Notes: generated by a model not told the origin, from the letters alone. Counted from the stretch's first letter, positions 1 through 9,420 are shown. The stretch: DNA of 64,000 nucleotides from an uncultured Verrucomicrobiae bacterium (GCA_963765205.1 CAVXVB010000005.1:608001-672000), one strand, 5' to 3'. Program-made: numbers and translations.

Positions 1-1129
1 GGATACCGAAGCCCGCGGCGCTGCGGTAGTTGACAATCTTGCCGTAGTCGGGTGCGAAGTTTTTCTCGGGGTCTTCGGTCGTGATGCGGCACTGGAGCGC
101 CCAGCCCAGGCGCGGGATTTGGTCCTGTTGCGGTAGCGCCATGACTTCATCATGCAGCGAGCGGCCCTCGGCGACTTGGATTTGCGCGCGCACGAGGTCA
201 ATGTCGGTGATGACTTCGGTGACGGTATGCTCGACCTGGATGCGCGGGTTCATCTCGATGAAGAACCACTCGTGCGTGTCCATGTCGTAGAGGAATTCGC
301 AGGTGCCGGCGTTCTGGTAATTGACCGATTTGGCGATGCGCACGGCCGCGGCGCACAACTCGCGCGTGATGGCCGGATCGAGCGCGACGGAGGGCGCGAT
401 TTCAACGACCTTCTGGTGGCGGCGCTGCACCGAGCAGTCGCGCTCGTGCAGGTGCAGCATGTGGCCGTGCTGGTCGCCGAGCACCTGCACTTCGATGTGC
501 TTGGCGCGCCGGATGTAGCGTTCGAGAAAAACTTCGTCGTTGCCAAAGGCGCGTTCGGCCTCGCCCTGGGCCTCGGCCAGGCGCGCGGTGAGGTCCTTGG
601 CCTCGAGGACGACTCTCATGCCACGCCCGCCGCCGCCGTGCGCCGCCTTGATGATGAGCGGAAAGCCGATTTTTTTCGCCCAGGCGGCGGCATCCTTGGG
701 GTCTTTGACCGGGTGGGGGGTGCCGGGCAGCGTGGGCACGCCAGCCAGGTCGGCGATTTCGCGCGCGGCGGTCTTGTCCCCCATTTTTTCCAAAATCTCC
801 GGCGTCGGGCCAACAAAGACCAGGCCCGCGTCGCGGCAAGCTTTGGAAAAGCGCGCGTTCTCGCTCAAAAATCCATAGCCCGGGTGGACACCCCACACGC
901 CCTTGGCCTTGGCCAGCGCCACGATGCCATCAATATCCAGATACGCCGCGACCGGCCCCTTGCCCTCGCCGATGAGGTAGGCTTCGTCGGCCTTGAAGCG
1001 GTGCATGCAAAAGCGGTCCTCGTGCGCGTAAATGGCCACCGTGCGGTAGCCGAGTTCCGTGGCGCTGCGGAAGACGCGGACGGCGATTTCGCTGCGGTTG
1101 GCGACAAGGAGTTTTTTGGGCGCAAGCAT
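1..1129 (-). CDS. pyc: Pyruvate carboxylase, N-terminal biotin carboxylase domain (runs off window)
   Basis: Manual translation from ATG 1129: MLAPKKLLVANRSEIAVRVFRSATELGYRTVAIYAHEDRFCMHRFKADEAY. HPGYGFLSEN and GGGGRGMR motifs present; HRFKADEAY is typical of Pyc. Not in the ORF track because it is truncated. Confidence 0.9.
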   Translation of the reverse strand, partial: MLAPKKLLVANRSEIAVRVFRSATELGYRTVAIYAHEDRFCMHRFKADEAYLIGEGKGPVAAYLDIDGIVALAKAKGVWGVHPGYGFLSENARFSKACRDAGLVFVGPTPEILEKMGDKTAAREIADLAGVPTLPGTPHPVKDPKDAAAWAKKIGFPLIIKAAHGGGGRGMRVVLEAKDLTARLAEAQGEAERAFGNDEVFLERYIRRAKHIEVQVLGDQHGHMLHLHERDCSVQRRHQKVVEIAPSVALDPAITRELCAAAVRIAKSVNYQNAGTCEFLYDMDTHEWFFIEMNPRIQVEHTVTEVITDIDLVRAQIQVAEGRSLHDEVMALPQQDQIPRLGWALQCRITTEDPEKNFAPDYGKIVNYRSAAGFGI

Positions 1130-1249
1130 GGGCGGCTGGGCGTGAAGCAACACGCGTGCCCGTTCGGAAAGAAAGGCCGCGCGCCCGCGAGTTATAACGC
1201 TTTGCGTGAGGGCGTCAATCCTGTGTCGCGCAACCCCTCCCTTTGCACC

Positions 1250-1564
1250 TTAATGAGCCGCACCAACCGGTTTCGCTGGGCCATGGATAGCGATGGCGGC
1301 CAGCTCGCGCAGTTCGAAGAACGCTGAATTACTGATTTCCGCCAGCTCGGCTTTCAGATATTGTGGTCCAATTTTGTTTATCGCCTTGGCGGCCCAGGCG
1401 CGGGCTTGGGGTGACCGGGAAGAATCCTTCATCACCGCGAGCAAGGCCGGCAACGCATCCAAGGAAAGCAGCACTTCCAAAACGTCAATGCAGCTCATTA
1501 GGTCCGCTTCGGAAATCCGGCGGTTGCCCAAACGATCAATGAGCCATTTTTCGTTCTCGTCCAT
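1250..1564 (-). CDS. Hypothetical helical (HEAT-repeat-like) protein, possible immunity protein
   Basis: 104 aa ORF with ALPALLAVM...RAWAAKAINKIG...LRELAAIAI HEAT-like pattern; 6 nt downstream of 1571..1858. Confidence 0.5.
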   Translation of the reverse strand: MDENEKWLIDRLGNRRISEADLMSCIDVLEVLLSLDALPALLAVMKDSSRSPQARAWAAKAINKIGPQYLKAELAEISNSAFFELRELAAIAIHGPAKPVGAAH

Positions 1565-1570
1565 CGTGAG

Positions 1571-1858
1571 TTAGTTTTTAGCGGCTTGCCGCCCGGATTG
1601 CAAGACATCTTGAATCTCATTGATTCGGCGTTCGGCCACCAAGGCCACCCGAGCGGCCTGTTCGCGTGAAATCGGATGTCCCTGGGTATTCAGGCAGCTG
1701 GCTGATTGCTTGAGCAGGTGTTTTGCGGCGTCGAGGTTTTCGCGCAGGGCCACAATCATTTCCGGTGTGAGCGGCGCGCCAGGATTGGCCTGGACGCCTT
1801 TGCCCAAAGCTGTCCGGGCGGCATCCGCACCGCGAAGTGAAATAGGGTCGCGCGACAT
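1571..1858 (-). CDS. Hypothetical protein
   Basis: 95 aa ATG ORF, co-oriented with and tightly linked to 1250..1564; no family recognised. Confidence 0.5.
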   Translation of the reverse strand: MSRDPISLRGADAARTALGKGVQANPGAPLTPEMIVALRENLDAAKHLLKQSASCLNTQGHPISREQAARVALVAERRINEIQDVLQSGRQAAKN

Positions 1859-1978
1859 TTAATGACGAGTCATCCACCATTGATCCCGGCAAATAGAGGT
1901 CAAGTTTATCTTTGGGAAAAGCAGCCGCTAGGGCGCATCAAGATTGCGCCTGGCCACTGTCTCCGCTTTGCTGGCCCC

Positions 1979-3190
1979 ATGCCGCTTCCGCCCAAAATCG
2001 CGTCCGTCGCCGCCCGCGCCCGCCCGTGGGTGCAGTTGAAATACTTTACCTACCATCCGCAGGTTTACTCGCGGATGCTGGGCGGGGCCTCGGAGGACGC
2101 GCGGGCGGGCGACCTCGTCACCGTTTACGACAAGGACGGCCAGCGCTTCGGCGCGGGGTTTTTTAACCCGAGCGCCCATGTGCCGCTGCGCGTCCTGCAC
2201 CATGGCCAGGAAACGGTGGACGAGGCGTTTCTCGAAAGCCTGCTCGACCGCGCCTGCGACTTGCGCGAAAAAATCCCCGGCCTGCGCGACCCGGCGCAGA
2301 CGGACGCCTGGCGCGCCATCCACTCCGACGCCGATTCGCTCTCGGGCCTGGTGGTGGACAAATACGCGGACGTGCTGTGCGTGGAAATTCACAGCCTCGG
2401 CGTTTACCGGCGCATCGAAAAATGGCTGCCGCGCCTGCTCGCGCGCCTCGGCGCCAAAAAGGCGACCGTGCGCGTGGACCCGTCCATCGCGCGCATCGAA
2501 CGAATCACCGGCCCAGCCGTGGCCGGCGACGCGCCGCCGGTGGTGAAAATCCGCGAGCATGGCGTGCGCTACGAAGTGGATTTCGCCAGCGGCCACAAAA
2601 CAGGATTTTTCTGCGACCAGCGCGAGAACCGGAAAAAACTTGGCGAATGGGTGAAGCAACTTGGCCCGCAGACGCGCGTGGCGGACTTGTGCTGTTACAC
2701 CGGCGGGTTTTCGCTCGCCGCGCGGCTGCTCGGCGGCGCGGAGGAGGTCACCGGCGTGGACCTCGACGAAAAGGCCATCAAGCAGGCGAAGCGCAACGCG
2801 AACCTCAACCAAGCGCGCATCAACTGGATTCACACCGACGCGTTCATGTGGATTCGCCAGATGCTCTTGAACAAGGAAAAATGGGACGTGATCGTCCTCG
2901 ACCCGCCCAAGTTTGTGTTCGACCAGGACGACGAGGAAGGCCGGCTCAAATACCGCGACCTGAACGGCCTCGCCATCCAGCTCGCCAAACCCGGCGCGTT
3001 GTTGGTGACGTGCTCGTGCTCCGGCCTGGTCTCCGAGGAGGAATTCACGCAAATCGTGATCGCCGCCGCGCATCACCGCGGTCGCCGCCTGCAATTCCTC
3101 GACCGCACCGGCCCCGGCCCCGACCACCCCGTGATGTCGAATTGCCCGGAAAGCCGTTACTTGAAATTGTTGTGGGCGCGGGTGTGGTGA
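1979..3190 (+). CDS. rlmI: RlmI-like class I SAM-dependent rRNA methyltransferase
   Basis: PUA-like N-terminus, DSLSGLVVDKY, GHKTGFFCDQRENR, DLCCYTGGFS, DVIVLDPPKF, TCSCS. Confidence 0.85.
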   Translation: MPLPPKIASVAARARPWVQLKYFTYHPQVYSRMLGGASEDARAGDLVTVYDKDGQRFGAGFFNPSAHVPLRVLHHGQETVDEAFLESLLDRACDLREKIPGLRDPAQTDAWRAIHSDADSLSGLVVDKYADVLCVEIHSLGVYRRIEKWLPRLLARLGAKKATVRVDPSIARIERITGPAVAGDAPPVVKIREHGVRYEVDFASGHKTGFFCDQRENRKKLGEWVKQLGPQTRVADLCCYTGGFSLAARLLGGAEEVTGVDLDEKAIKQAKRNANLNQARINWIHTDAFMWIRQMLLNKEKWDVIVLDPPKFVFDQDDEEGRLKYRDLNGLAIQLAKPGALLVTCSCSGLVSEEEFTQIVIAAAHHRGRRLQFLDRTGPGPDHPVMSNCPESRYLKLLWARVW

Positions 3191-3193
3191 AAA

Positions 3194-3228
3194 AAGCTGC
3201 ACGTTGCAGGTTGCAAGTTTCAGGTTGG
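3194..3228. repeat. Degenerate heptamer tandem repeat (ARGTTGC)x5
   Basis: aagctgc acgttgc aggttgc aagtttc aggttgg; same family at 26067-26101. Confidence 0.8.
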
Positions 3229-3277
3229 AAATGACGGGTTTATCGCGCACTTTGATTGCTTAATTTGAACGATATTT

Positions 3278-3351
3278 TTCACCGCCAAGACGCCAAGGGC
3301 GCAAAGAAAAGAAAAAAATCCTCTTTGCGTCCTTCGCGTCTTTGCGGTGAA
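3278..3351. repeat. Inverted-repeat element with 9-nt periodic arms
   Basis: ttcaccgccaagacgccaagggcgcaaag ... ctttgcgtccttcgcgtctttgcggtgaa. Confidence 0.85.
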
Positions 3352-3362
3352 CTTTAAGCACC

Positions 3363-3977
3363 ATGGCCTCCAGTTTCGACCATGCCCAAAAGCTCCTGCG
3401 CCAGTTGCCGGGGTTGGGCTTCCGCTCGGCGGAGCGCGTCGCGCTGCACCTGCTGGTTGAGCATCCCGAAAAGCTTGACCCGTTGCTCAACGCCTTGCGC
3501 GACGCCGCCGCGCGCCTGCGCCGCTGCACGCAATGCGGCAACATGACCGAGACCGCCGAAGCCGCCGCGCCCGCGCTGTGCGAAATCTGCCGCGACCCGA
3601 CCCGCCGCGTCGAGCAACTCTGCCTCGTCGAGACCGTGACCGACCTGCTGGCGATGGAACGCGCCGGAGCGTATCGCGGCCTCTACCATGTCCTGCACGG
3701 CAAACTTTCGCCGCTGCACCAGGTCGGCCCCGAAGACCTCAACCTCGCCTCGCTCACGCCGCGGCTGGATTCCGGCGCGGTCACGGAAGTGGTGCTCGCG
3801 CTGTCGAACGATATTGAAGGCGAGGCGACCTGCCATTACCTTCAGGAAACCTGCTTGGCCGGGCGCAAGCTCAGCGTCTCGCGCATCGGCTTCGGCCTGC
3901 CCAGCGGCAGCGGCCTGACCTACGCCGACGCCGACACCCTCCGCAGCGCCCTCGCCGCCCGAAGGGAGTATCACTAG
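3363..3977 (+). CDS. recR: Recombination protein RecR
   Basis: LPGLGFRSAERVA HhH, C4 zinc finger (CTQC...CEIC), YHVLHGKLSP, Toprim EGEAT, SRIGFGLPSG. Confidence 0.97.
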   Translation: MASSFDHAQKLLRQLPGLGFRSAERVALHLLVEHPEKLDPLLNALRDAAARLRRCTQCGNMTETAEAAAPALCEICRDPTRRVEQLCLVETVTDLLAMERAGAYRGLYHVLHGKLSPLHQVGPEDLNLASLTPRLDSGAVTEVVLALSNDIEGEATCHYLQETCLAGRKLSVSRIGFGLPSGSGLTYADADTLRSALAARREYH

Positions 3978-4250
3978 GGCAGTGTTTCCGCAGTGGCTTG
4001 ACCATCGCCTGCGTCGGGAGATTGTCTGCCTTTGTCTATAATACTGTATGAAGGATTTCTCTGCTTCACTCCTAACTCCTGCTGTCCGCCATCCGTGGCT
4101 CTCCCTCATTCCACCCAACGTATCAAACGCATCCAACCGATCATTTGCGCTACCGCCCCATTTAGCTTATACTCCGGCCTCATCTTACCCATCCCGCTCC
4201 CTGCTCCTCCACACCGCAGACTCCCGTCCCCCATTCCACCCTCCGCCCCC

Positions 4251-4285
4251 CATTCCGCATTCAGAATTCAGAACTCAGAATTCAT
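4251..4285. repeat. Heptamer tandem repeat (MATTCAG)x5
   Basis: cattccg cattcag aattcag aactcag aattcat. Confidence 0.8.
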
Positions 4286-4291
4286 CCCCCC

Positions 4292-5446
4292 ATGCCCACC
4301 GTCCCCTTCATCCCCTTTGCGCGTCCAACGATTACCCGCGCGGAAATCAAGGAAGTCGCCGACTGCCTGAAATTCGGCTGGCTGGCCACCGGCCCGCGCT
4401 CGGCCCGCTTCGAAGAAATGCTGCGCGAGTATTTCGGCGCGCCCCACGCGCTCTGCTGCGTCTCCGCCACCATGGGCCTGTGGATGGCGCTCAAGGCGCT
4501 TGACCTGCGGCCCGGCGACGAGGTCATCACCTCGCCCATGACGTTCGTCGCGACGCTGAACACCATCGTACTCGCGGGCGGCCAGCCCGTGCTCGTGGAT
4601 GTCGAACCGGGCACCTACAACATTGACCCGAAAAAAATCGCCGTCGCGATTACAAAAAGGACCCGCGCGCTCCTGCCCGTCCATTTCGCCGGCTGCCCCT
4701 GCGACCTCGACGCGATTTACGCCCTCGCCCAAAAACACAAACTGCGCCTCATCGAAGACTGTGCCCATGCCATCGGCGCGGTTTACAAGGGCCGCCGCCT
4801 CGGCAGCTTCGGTGACATCCAGGTGTTTTCGTTCCACCCAAACAAGAACATGACGACCGGCGAAGGCGGCTGCGTCGTCACGCGGGATGATAAACTCGCC
4901 AAGCGCCTCGAGGTGCTGCGCTTCCACGGCATAGACCGCGCCGGCTGGACACGCCACAGCCAGACCGCCGGCCTCGGCCACTATGATGTGGTCGAACCCA
5001 GCTTGAAATCAAATTTCATGGATTTGCAGGCCGCGCTGGGCCTCCACCAATTGCCCGCGCTCGAAGGCTTCAATAAAAAGCGCCGCGCGCGCGCCGGTTT
5101 CTATTTCAAAAAACTCCGCGGTGTGCGTGGGCTGACCCTGCCCACCCCGCCCGCTTACGCGCACACCCACGCCTGGCACTTGTTCGCGCCCATTGTGGAA
5201 CCGGGCGCGAAGGTGGACCGCGACACGCTCATGGTCGAACTGAAAAAGCGCCAAATCGGCGCCGGGCTGCATTACACCGCCTGCCATCTCCATTCGTATT
5301 ACCAGAAAACCTTTGGCTGGAAACGCGGCGACTTTCCCGCGGCTGAGCGCATTTCCGACGGCATCCTCAGCCTGCCCCTTTACCCGCTCCTCACCCAACG
5401 CGACCAGGGCCGCGTCATCCGCGCGGTGCGCGAGATTCTGGGTTGA
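4292..5446 (+). CDS. arnB: DegT/DnrJ/EryC1/StrS PLP aminotransferase, ArnB-like
   Basis: EDCAHAIG, FSFHPNKNMTTGEGG (PLP Lys); upstream of arnC-like GT and formyltransferase. Confidence 0.8.
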   Translation: MPTVPFIPFARPTITRAEIKEVADCLKFGWLATGPRSARFEEMLREYFGAPHALCCVSATMGLWMALKALDLRPGDEVITSPMTFVATLNTIVLAGGQPVLVDVEPGTYNIDPKKIAVAITKRTRALLPVHFAGCPCDLDAIYALAQKHKLRLIEDCAHAIGAVYKGRRLGSFGDIQVFSFHPNKNMTTGEGGCVVTRDDKLAKRLEVLRFHGIDRAGWTRHSQTAGLGHYDVVEPSLKSNFMDLQAALGLHQLPALEGFNKKRRARAGFYFKKLRGVRGLTLPTPPAYAHTHAWHLFAPIVEPGAKVDRDTLMVELKKRQIGAGLHYTACHLHSYYQKTFGWKRGDFPAAERISDGILSLPLYPLLTQRDQGRVIRAVREILG

Positions 5447-5452
5447 GGATGC

Positions 5453-5521
5453 ACCGCGAAGGCGCGATGATCGCAATTAAGTCGAGTAAATCTTTATTTG
5501 CGCTCTTGGCGCCTTTGCGGT
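5453..5521. repeat. Inverted-repeat element with 9-nt periodic arms (family of 3278-3351)
   Basis: accgcgaaggcgcgatgatcgca ... tgcgctcttggcgcctttgcggt. Confidence 0.75.
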
Positions 5522-5539
5522 AAACCCCCCTCTTTCCCC

Positions 5540-6484
5540 ATGCCTGTACCGGAAATTTCCGTCGTCGTGCCGGTTTACAACGAGGAGGCGAACCTCGAGC
5601 CGCTCTTCGCGCGCCTGGCCGCCGTGCTCGACCAGGTGGGCCGCCCCTGGGAAATCCTCTTCATCAACGACGGCAGCCGCGACCGCTCGCTCGAGCTGCT
5701 CCGGCGCTTCCATCAGCAGCGCCCGAAGCAGGTGCGGGTGATTGATTTCAACGGCAACTACGGCCAGCACATGGCCATCATCGCGGCCTTCGAGCGCGCG
5801 CGCGGCGAAATCATCGTCACCCTCGACGCCGACTTGCAAAACCCGCCGGAGGAGATCCCCAAGCTGCTCGCGAGAATTGACGAGGGCTGCGACGCCGTGG
5901 GCGGCGTGCGCGCCCAGCGCGAGGACAGCTTCGCACGCAAATACCTCTCGCGGCTCATCAACTTCGTCCGCGAGCGCACCACCGACATCCGCATGACGGA
6001 CCAGGGCTGCATGTTGCGCGCCTACCGCCGCCGCGTGGTGGAGGCCATCGTGCGCAGCGGCGAGCGCGCGACGTTCATCCCCGCGCTGGCCTACAAGTTC
6101 GCCAGCAAGAACGGCGAAGTCGAGGTCGCGCACGCCGCGCGCGCCGCCGGCGAGTCGAAATACAGCTACTACAAACTGATTCGTCTGAACTTCGACCTCG
6201 TCACGGGCTTTACGCTCGTGCCGTTGCAATTGTTCACGCTGTTCGCCATGACGTGTTCGGGCGGCAGCCTGTTCCTGGTTGCCCTGCTCCTCTACCGCCG
6301 TTTTATTCTCAATTTGGACCGGGAGACCTTTGGCGTATTCACCTTGCTGGCCATCGTCATCTTTCTCATCAGCGTCTGCATGGTTGGCATCGGGCTGATT
6401 GGCGAATACGTCGGCCGCACCTACCAGTGCGTGCAGCAGCGCCCGCGCTATGTGGTGCGGGAGATATTGGAAGACGCGGACTAA
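5540..6484 (+). CDS. arnC: Undecaprenyl-phosphate glycosyltransferase (GT2), ArnC-like
   Basis: SVVVPVYNEE, NDGSRD, NYGQHMAI, DADLQNPPEEIP, two C-terminal TM helices, GEYVGR. Confidence 0.85.
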   Translation: MPVPEISVVVPVYNEEANLEPLFARLAAVLDQVGRPWEILFINDGSRDRSLELLRRFHQQRPKQVRVIDFNGNYGQHMAIIAAFERARGEIIVTLDADLQNPPEEIPKLLARIDEGCDAVGGVRAQREDSFARKYLSRLINFVRERTTDIRMTDQGCMLRAYRRRVVEAIVRSGERATFIPALAYKFASKNGEVEVAHAARAAGESKYSYYKLIRLNFDLVTGFTLVPLQLFTLFAMTCSGGSLFLVALLLYRRFILNLDRETFGVFTLLAIVIFLISVCMVGIGLIGEYVGRTYQCVQQRPRYVVREILEDAD

Positions 6485-6494
6485 TTTATTTTGT

Positions 6495-6522
6495 ACCACG
6501 GAGGACACGGAGAACACGGAGG
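6495..6522. repeat. Single arm of CACGGAG 9-mer repeat family
   Basis: accacggaggacacggagaacacggagg. Confidence 0.8.
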
Positions 6523-6546
6523 GAATTTTTCCATCTTGCTTTTCTC

Positions 6547-7488
6547 ATGCCCCCACCCCGCGTTTTATTTTTCGGTTACAGCGAGGTCGGTTACGCCACC
6601 CTCGAATTGTTGCTCGCGCGCGGCGTAGCGGTGGCGGGCGTCTTTACCCACGCCGACGATGGACAAGAGACCCAATGGTTCCGCTCGGTGCCCAAACTGG
6701 CGGCGGAACGCGGGCTGCCGGTCTTCACGCCGGATTCCCTGAAGGACCCGGCGTGGGTGGACAAAGTCCGCGCGCTGCGGCCCGACCTGATTCTTTCGAT
6801 GTATTATCGGAACATGATTCCGACCCGCCTGCTCGACCTCGCGCCGCTGGGCGCGTTCAACATGCATGGCTCCTACCTGCCACGCTACCGCGGGCGTGCG
6901 CCGCTCAACTGGGCCATCATTCATGGTGAAGACCACACCGGCGTCTCGCTGCACGTCATGGTCAAGGAGGCCGACGCCGGCGACCTCGTGGACCAGGAAA
7001 AAATTCCCATCGGGCCGGACGAGCCGGTTACGACGGTGCTGCCGCGCGTGCGCGAAGCAGCAGTCAGCGTCCTCGGCCGGCAACTCGACGCCCTGCTGGC
7101 CGGCCGCGCCCCGCGCACGCCCCAAAACCACGCCCTCGCCACCTATTTCGGCAAACGCACCCCCGAAGATGGCCGTCTGGACTGGAACCGCCCGGCCCGC
7201 GAAGTTTTCAACCTAATCCGCGCCGTCACCCGGCCCTTTCCGGGCGCGTTTACCGACGTTAGCCGGGGCGGCCAACTTAACCGACTGGTGGTTTGGTGGG
7301 GGCGACCCTTGGCTGGCACCCATCCGACCGTGCCCCCGGGCAGGATAGTGAAGATCAACCCCTTAACTATATCGTGCGGCCAGGGGGCATTGATGGAACT
7401 TTCTGATTTTGAGTGGGTTAATCTCGAAAACCACCTGAAGCCAGCATCTCCACCGACACTCCAAGTCGGCGAGAATCTGGCTGGTTAA
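6547..7488 (+). CDS. Formyltransferase (stand-alone ArnA N-terminal-like domain)
   Basis: VFTHADD..E..WF.SV, SMYYRNMI, FNMHGSYLPRYRGRAPLNWA, YFGKRTPEDG, RAVTRPFPGAF; no decarboxylase domain. Confidence 0.88.
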   Translation: MPPPRVLFFGYSEVGYATLELLLARGVAVAGVFTHADDGQETQWFRSVPKLAAERGLPVFTPDSLKDPAWVDKVRALRPDLILSMYYRNMIPTRLLDLAPLGAFNMHGSYLPRYRGRAPLNWAIIHGEDHTGVSLHVMVKEADAGDLVDQEKIPIGPDEPVTTVLPRVREAAVSVLGRQLDALLAGRAPRTPQNHALATYFGKRTPEDGRLDWNRPAREVFNLIRAVTRPFPGAFTDVSRGGQLNRLVVWWGRPLAGTHPTVPPGRIVKINPLTISCGQGALMELSDFEWVNLENHLKPASPPTLQVGENLAG

Positions 7489-7674
7489 TTGGTCTGCCCA
7501 AACGGATGATCGGTGATGGCGAATTGCGCCATTTATGCGCGAAAGGGCTGGATGGGGCAAAATTTATCAAGATCTTGTTAATTTTTTGCTTAACTTCCCA
7601 ACGTAAGCGCCGATGCGAAATGATAGAAAGGTTGGGCTGTTGCCTAACGCCGACAAGATTCAACCCCCAAATCC

Positions 7675-8184
7675 ATGTATAACGTGACCACCACCACCCC
7701 CGACATGAAAGGGATCAGTCGCATTGATTCCGGCTCGACCCATGGCTGGTTTGTCCGCGCCTACAAAAACGGCAAAACCTATTCGAAGCTGTTCAGCGAC
7801 GGCAAATGGAAAGGCTCCGTCCCCGCGCTGGGCTCCGCCCGCCTGCACCGCGAATCGCTGCTCGACCGGCTCGCGAAAGTGCCCACCAAGCCCCGGGGCC
7901 GCCGCATCGTGTTCCGCGACTCGCGCAACACCACCGGCGTGCTCGGCGTCTCGCGCAGCGTCAAGCGCACGCCCGCCGGCGTGGTCAGCGAATCCTACGC
8001 CGTGACCTGGCGGCCCGAACCCGGTATGCAGAAATGCACCTCGTTCTCCATCAACAAATACGGGGAAGACCGCGCCTTCAAACTCGCCGTTGCGTTCCGG
8101 CTGAAAAAGCTGCGCGAAATCCACGGCCACTCCGTCGCCCGCAAGCTCAAAGGCCTCATCGAGGAAAAAGGGATCGCGGTGTGA
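7675..8184 (+). CDS. Tandem AP2-domain DNA-binding protein
   Basis: Two repeats: KGISRID..HGWFVR...SKLFSDGKW.G...AL..AR.HR and NTTGVLGVSR...YAVTW...SFSINKYGEDRAFKLAVAFR. Confidence 0.75.
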   Translation: MYNVTTTTPDMKGISRIDSGSTHGWFVRAYKNGKTYSKLFSDGKWKGSVPALGSARLHRESLLDRLAKVPTKPRGRRIVFRDSRNTTGVLGVSRSVKRTPAGVVSESYAVTWRPEPGMQKCTSFSINKYGEDRAFKLAVAFRLKKLREIHGHSVARKLKGLIEEKGIAV

Positions 8185-8201
8185 AGAAGTTTTAAAGCGG
8201 G

Positions 8202-8864
8202 CTACGCGATCAATCTCTCCACAAACGCCCGTCGGTCGGGGGCGTGGAAATAGGCGGTGCCGCAGACAAAAGTGTCCGCGCCTTCGGCCTTGCAGAGCAG
8301 GCCGGTGATGTCGTCCACGCCGCCGTCCACTTCGAGGCGGAAAGCGAGGTTTCGCTCCGCGCGCCACTTCGATAATTGCGCGATTTTGGCCAGCACCGAG
8401 TGGTCGAAGGGCTGGCCGCCGAAGCCCGGCTGCACGGTCATCGCCAGCACATTGTCCACCTGGGCCAAGAACGGCTCGACCGCCGACGCGGGGGTGCGCG
8501 GGTTCAAGGCGAGGCCGCATTTCAGGCCCAGTGCGCGGATGCGGGCGAGCGTCGCGGCCACCGGATAATCCGGCTCGACGTGGATGGTGATTTGCTGCGC
8601 GCCGGCGCGGGCAAACGGCTCGATGTAACCCTGCGGGTTGTCCAGCATCAGGTGCGTGTCGAAAAAGAGCCGGCACAACGGGCGCAAATCCGCCAACACC
8701 TGCGGGCCGAAGGACAGGTTTGGCACGAAGTGCCCGTCCATGATGTCGAGGTGCAGCCAGGTCAGGCCCGCCTCGGCCACAGCGAGGCAGCCCTCGGCCA
8801 GCCGGCCATGATTGGACGCCAGCAACGAAGGCACGACCACGGGCGGATGGGGGCTGGTGCTCAT
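8202..8864 (-). CDS. rpe: Ribulose-phosphate 3-epimerase
   Basis: PSLLAS, HLDIMDGHFVPNLSFG, DTHLM, MTVQPGFGGQ, EVDGG. Confidence 0.97.
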   Translation of the reverse strand: MSTSPHPPVVVPSLLASNHGRLAEGCLAVAEAGLTWLHLDIMDGHFVPNLSFGPQVLADLRPLCRLFFDTHLMLDNPQGYIEPFARAGAQQITIHVEPDYPVAATLARIRALGLKCGLALNPRTPASAVEPFLAQVDNVLAMTVQPGFGGQPFDHSVLAKIAQLSKWRAERNLAFRLEVDGGVDDITGLLCKAEGADTFVCGTAYFHAPDRRAFVERLIA

Positions 8865-8913
8865 GGGACGGAAAAAGTGCTGGCTTGAGGGAGAAAATTC
8901 TCGTGCAAGTTGG

Positions 8914-9204
8914 TTACCATTCGCGACGGGCACCATGCCGGATATGCAATATCTCCACAAGCCGCTTTTTCGGCGAAACTCTGTAGAAAATCCGGTAATT
9001 CCAGCAAAGCACCTCGCGAATTTCCCCCAATTGCGCGTCTCCATGGCGCGGGCCAATCAGGGGAAATGCCGCCAGCACCTCGACCGTCGCGATGATGTCC
9101 TGGCCAATCCGCCCGGCGGCTTCGGCATTATCCCGGGCAATGTAGGCGACAATTTCGCGCAGGTCGCCAATCGCCGGCTCTGTCCAGATTACCTTGCATT
9201 CCAT
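8914..9204 (-). CDS. RelE/ParE family toxin
   Basis: VIWTEPAIGDLREIVAYIARDN...FPLIG...YRIFYRV...ILHIRHGAR; overlaps upstream small gene. Confidence 0.9.
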   Translation of the reverse strand: MECKVIWTEPAIGDLREIVAYIARDNAEAAGRIGQDIIATVEVLAAFPLIGPRHGDAQLGEIREVLCWNYRIFYRVSPKKRLVEILHIRHGARREW

Positions 9205-9374
9205 GCGGCAAAAAGGAGTTTAACTTCCTCGTGCGAGCGAGTGTGACCGGCGTCGGCGGCCTCGACCCCGCGCCGCAAGGCAGCGAGAATTATTACTTCC
9301 TCGGAGATGGCCTCGACGGAAGCGTCCTCCGGCAATTGCCGAACCCGCTCCAGCACCATTTGCTTGTCGCTCAT
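9189..9374 (-). CDS. Putative antitoxin for the RelE/ParE toxin
   Basis: 61 aa, QLPEDAS.E.I...LRRGVEAADAG...SHEEVK pattern; directly upstream of and overlapping the toxin. Confidence 0.8.
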   Translation of the reverse strand: MSDKQMVLERVRQLPEDASVEAISEEVIILAALRRGVEAADAGHTRSHEEVKLLFAAWNAR

Positions 9375-9420
9375 GCGGGGGATTCTCCAAAATTCCGTCC
9401 TGGCTCACAAGCCAAAATCC

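Noticed and set aside
152..1327. 391-aa plus-strand ORF and similar long ORFs (e.g. 1928-3250, 15298-16845, 18248-20077, 35289-36671, 51554-53152)
   Set aside because: Antisense shadows of well-supported genes, expected in high-GC DNA; no motifs of their own
7597..7637. CCCAAC...GTTGGG stem upstream of the AP2 gene as a riboswitch
   Set aside because: Only a 6-bp pairing; no recognisable aptamer consensus
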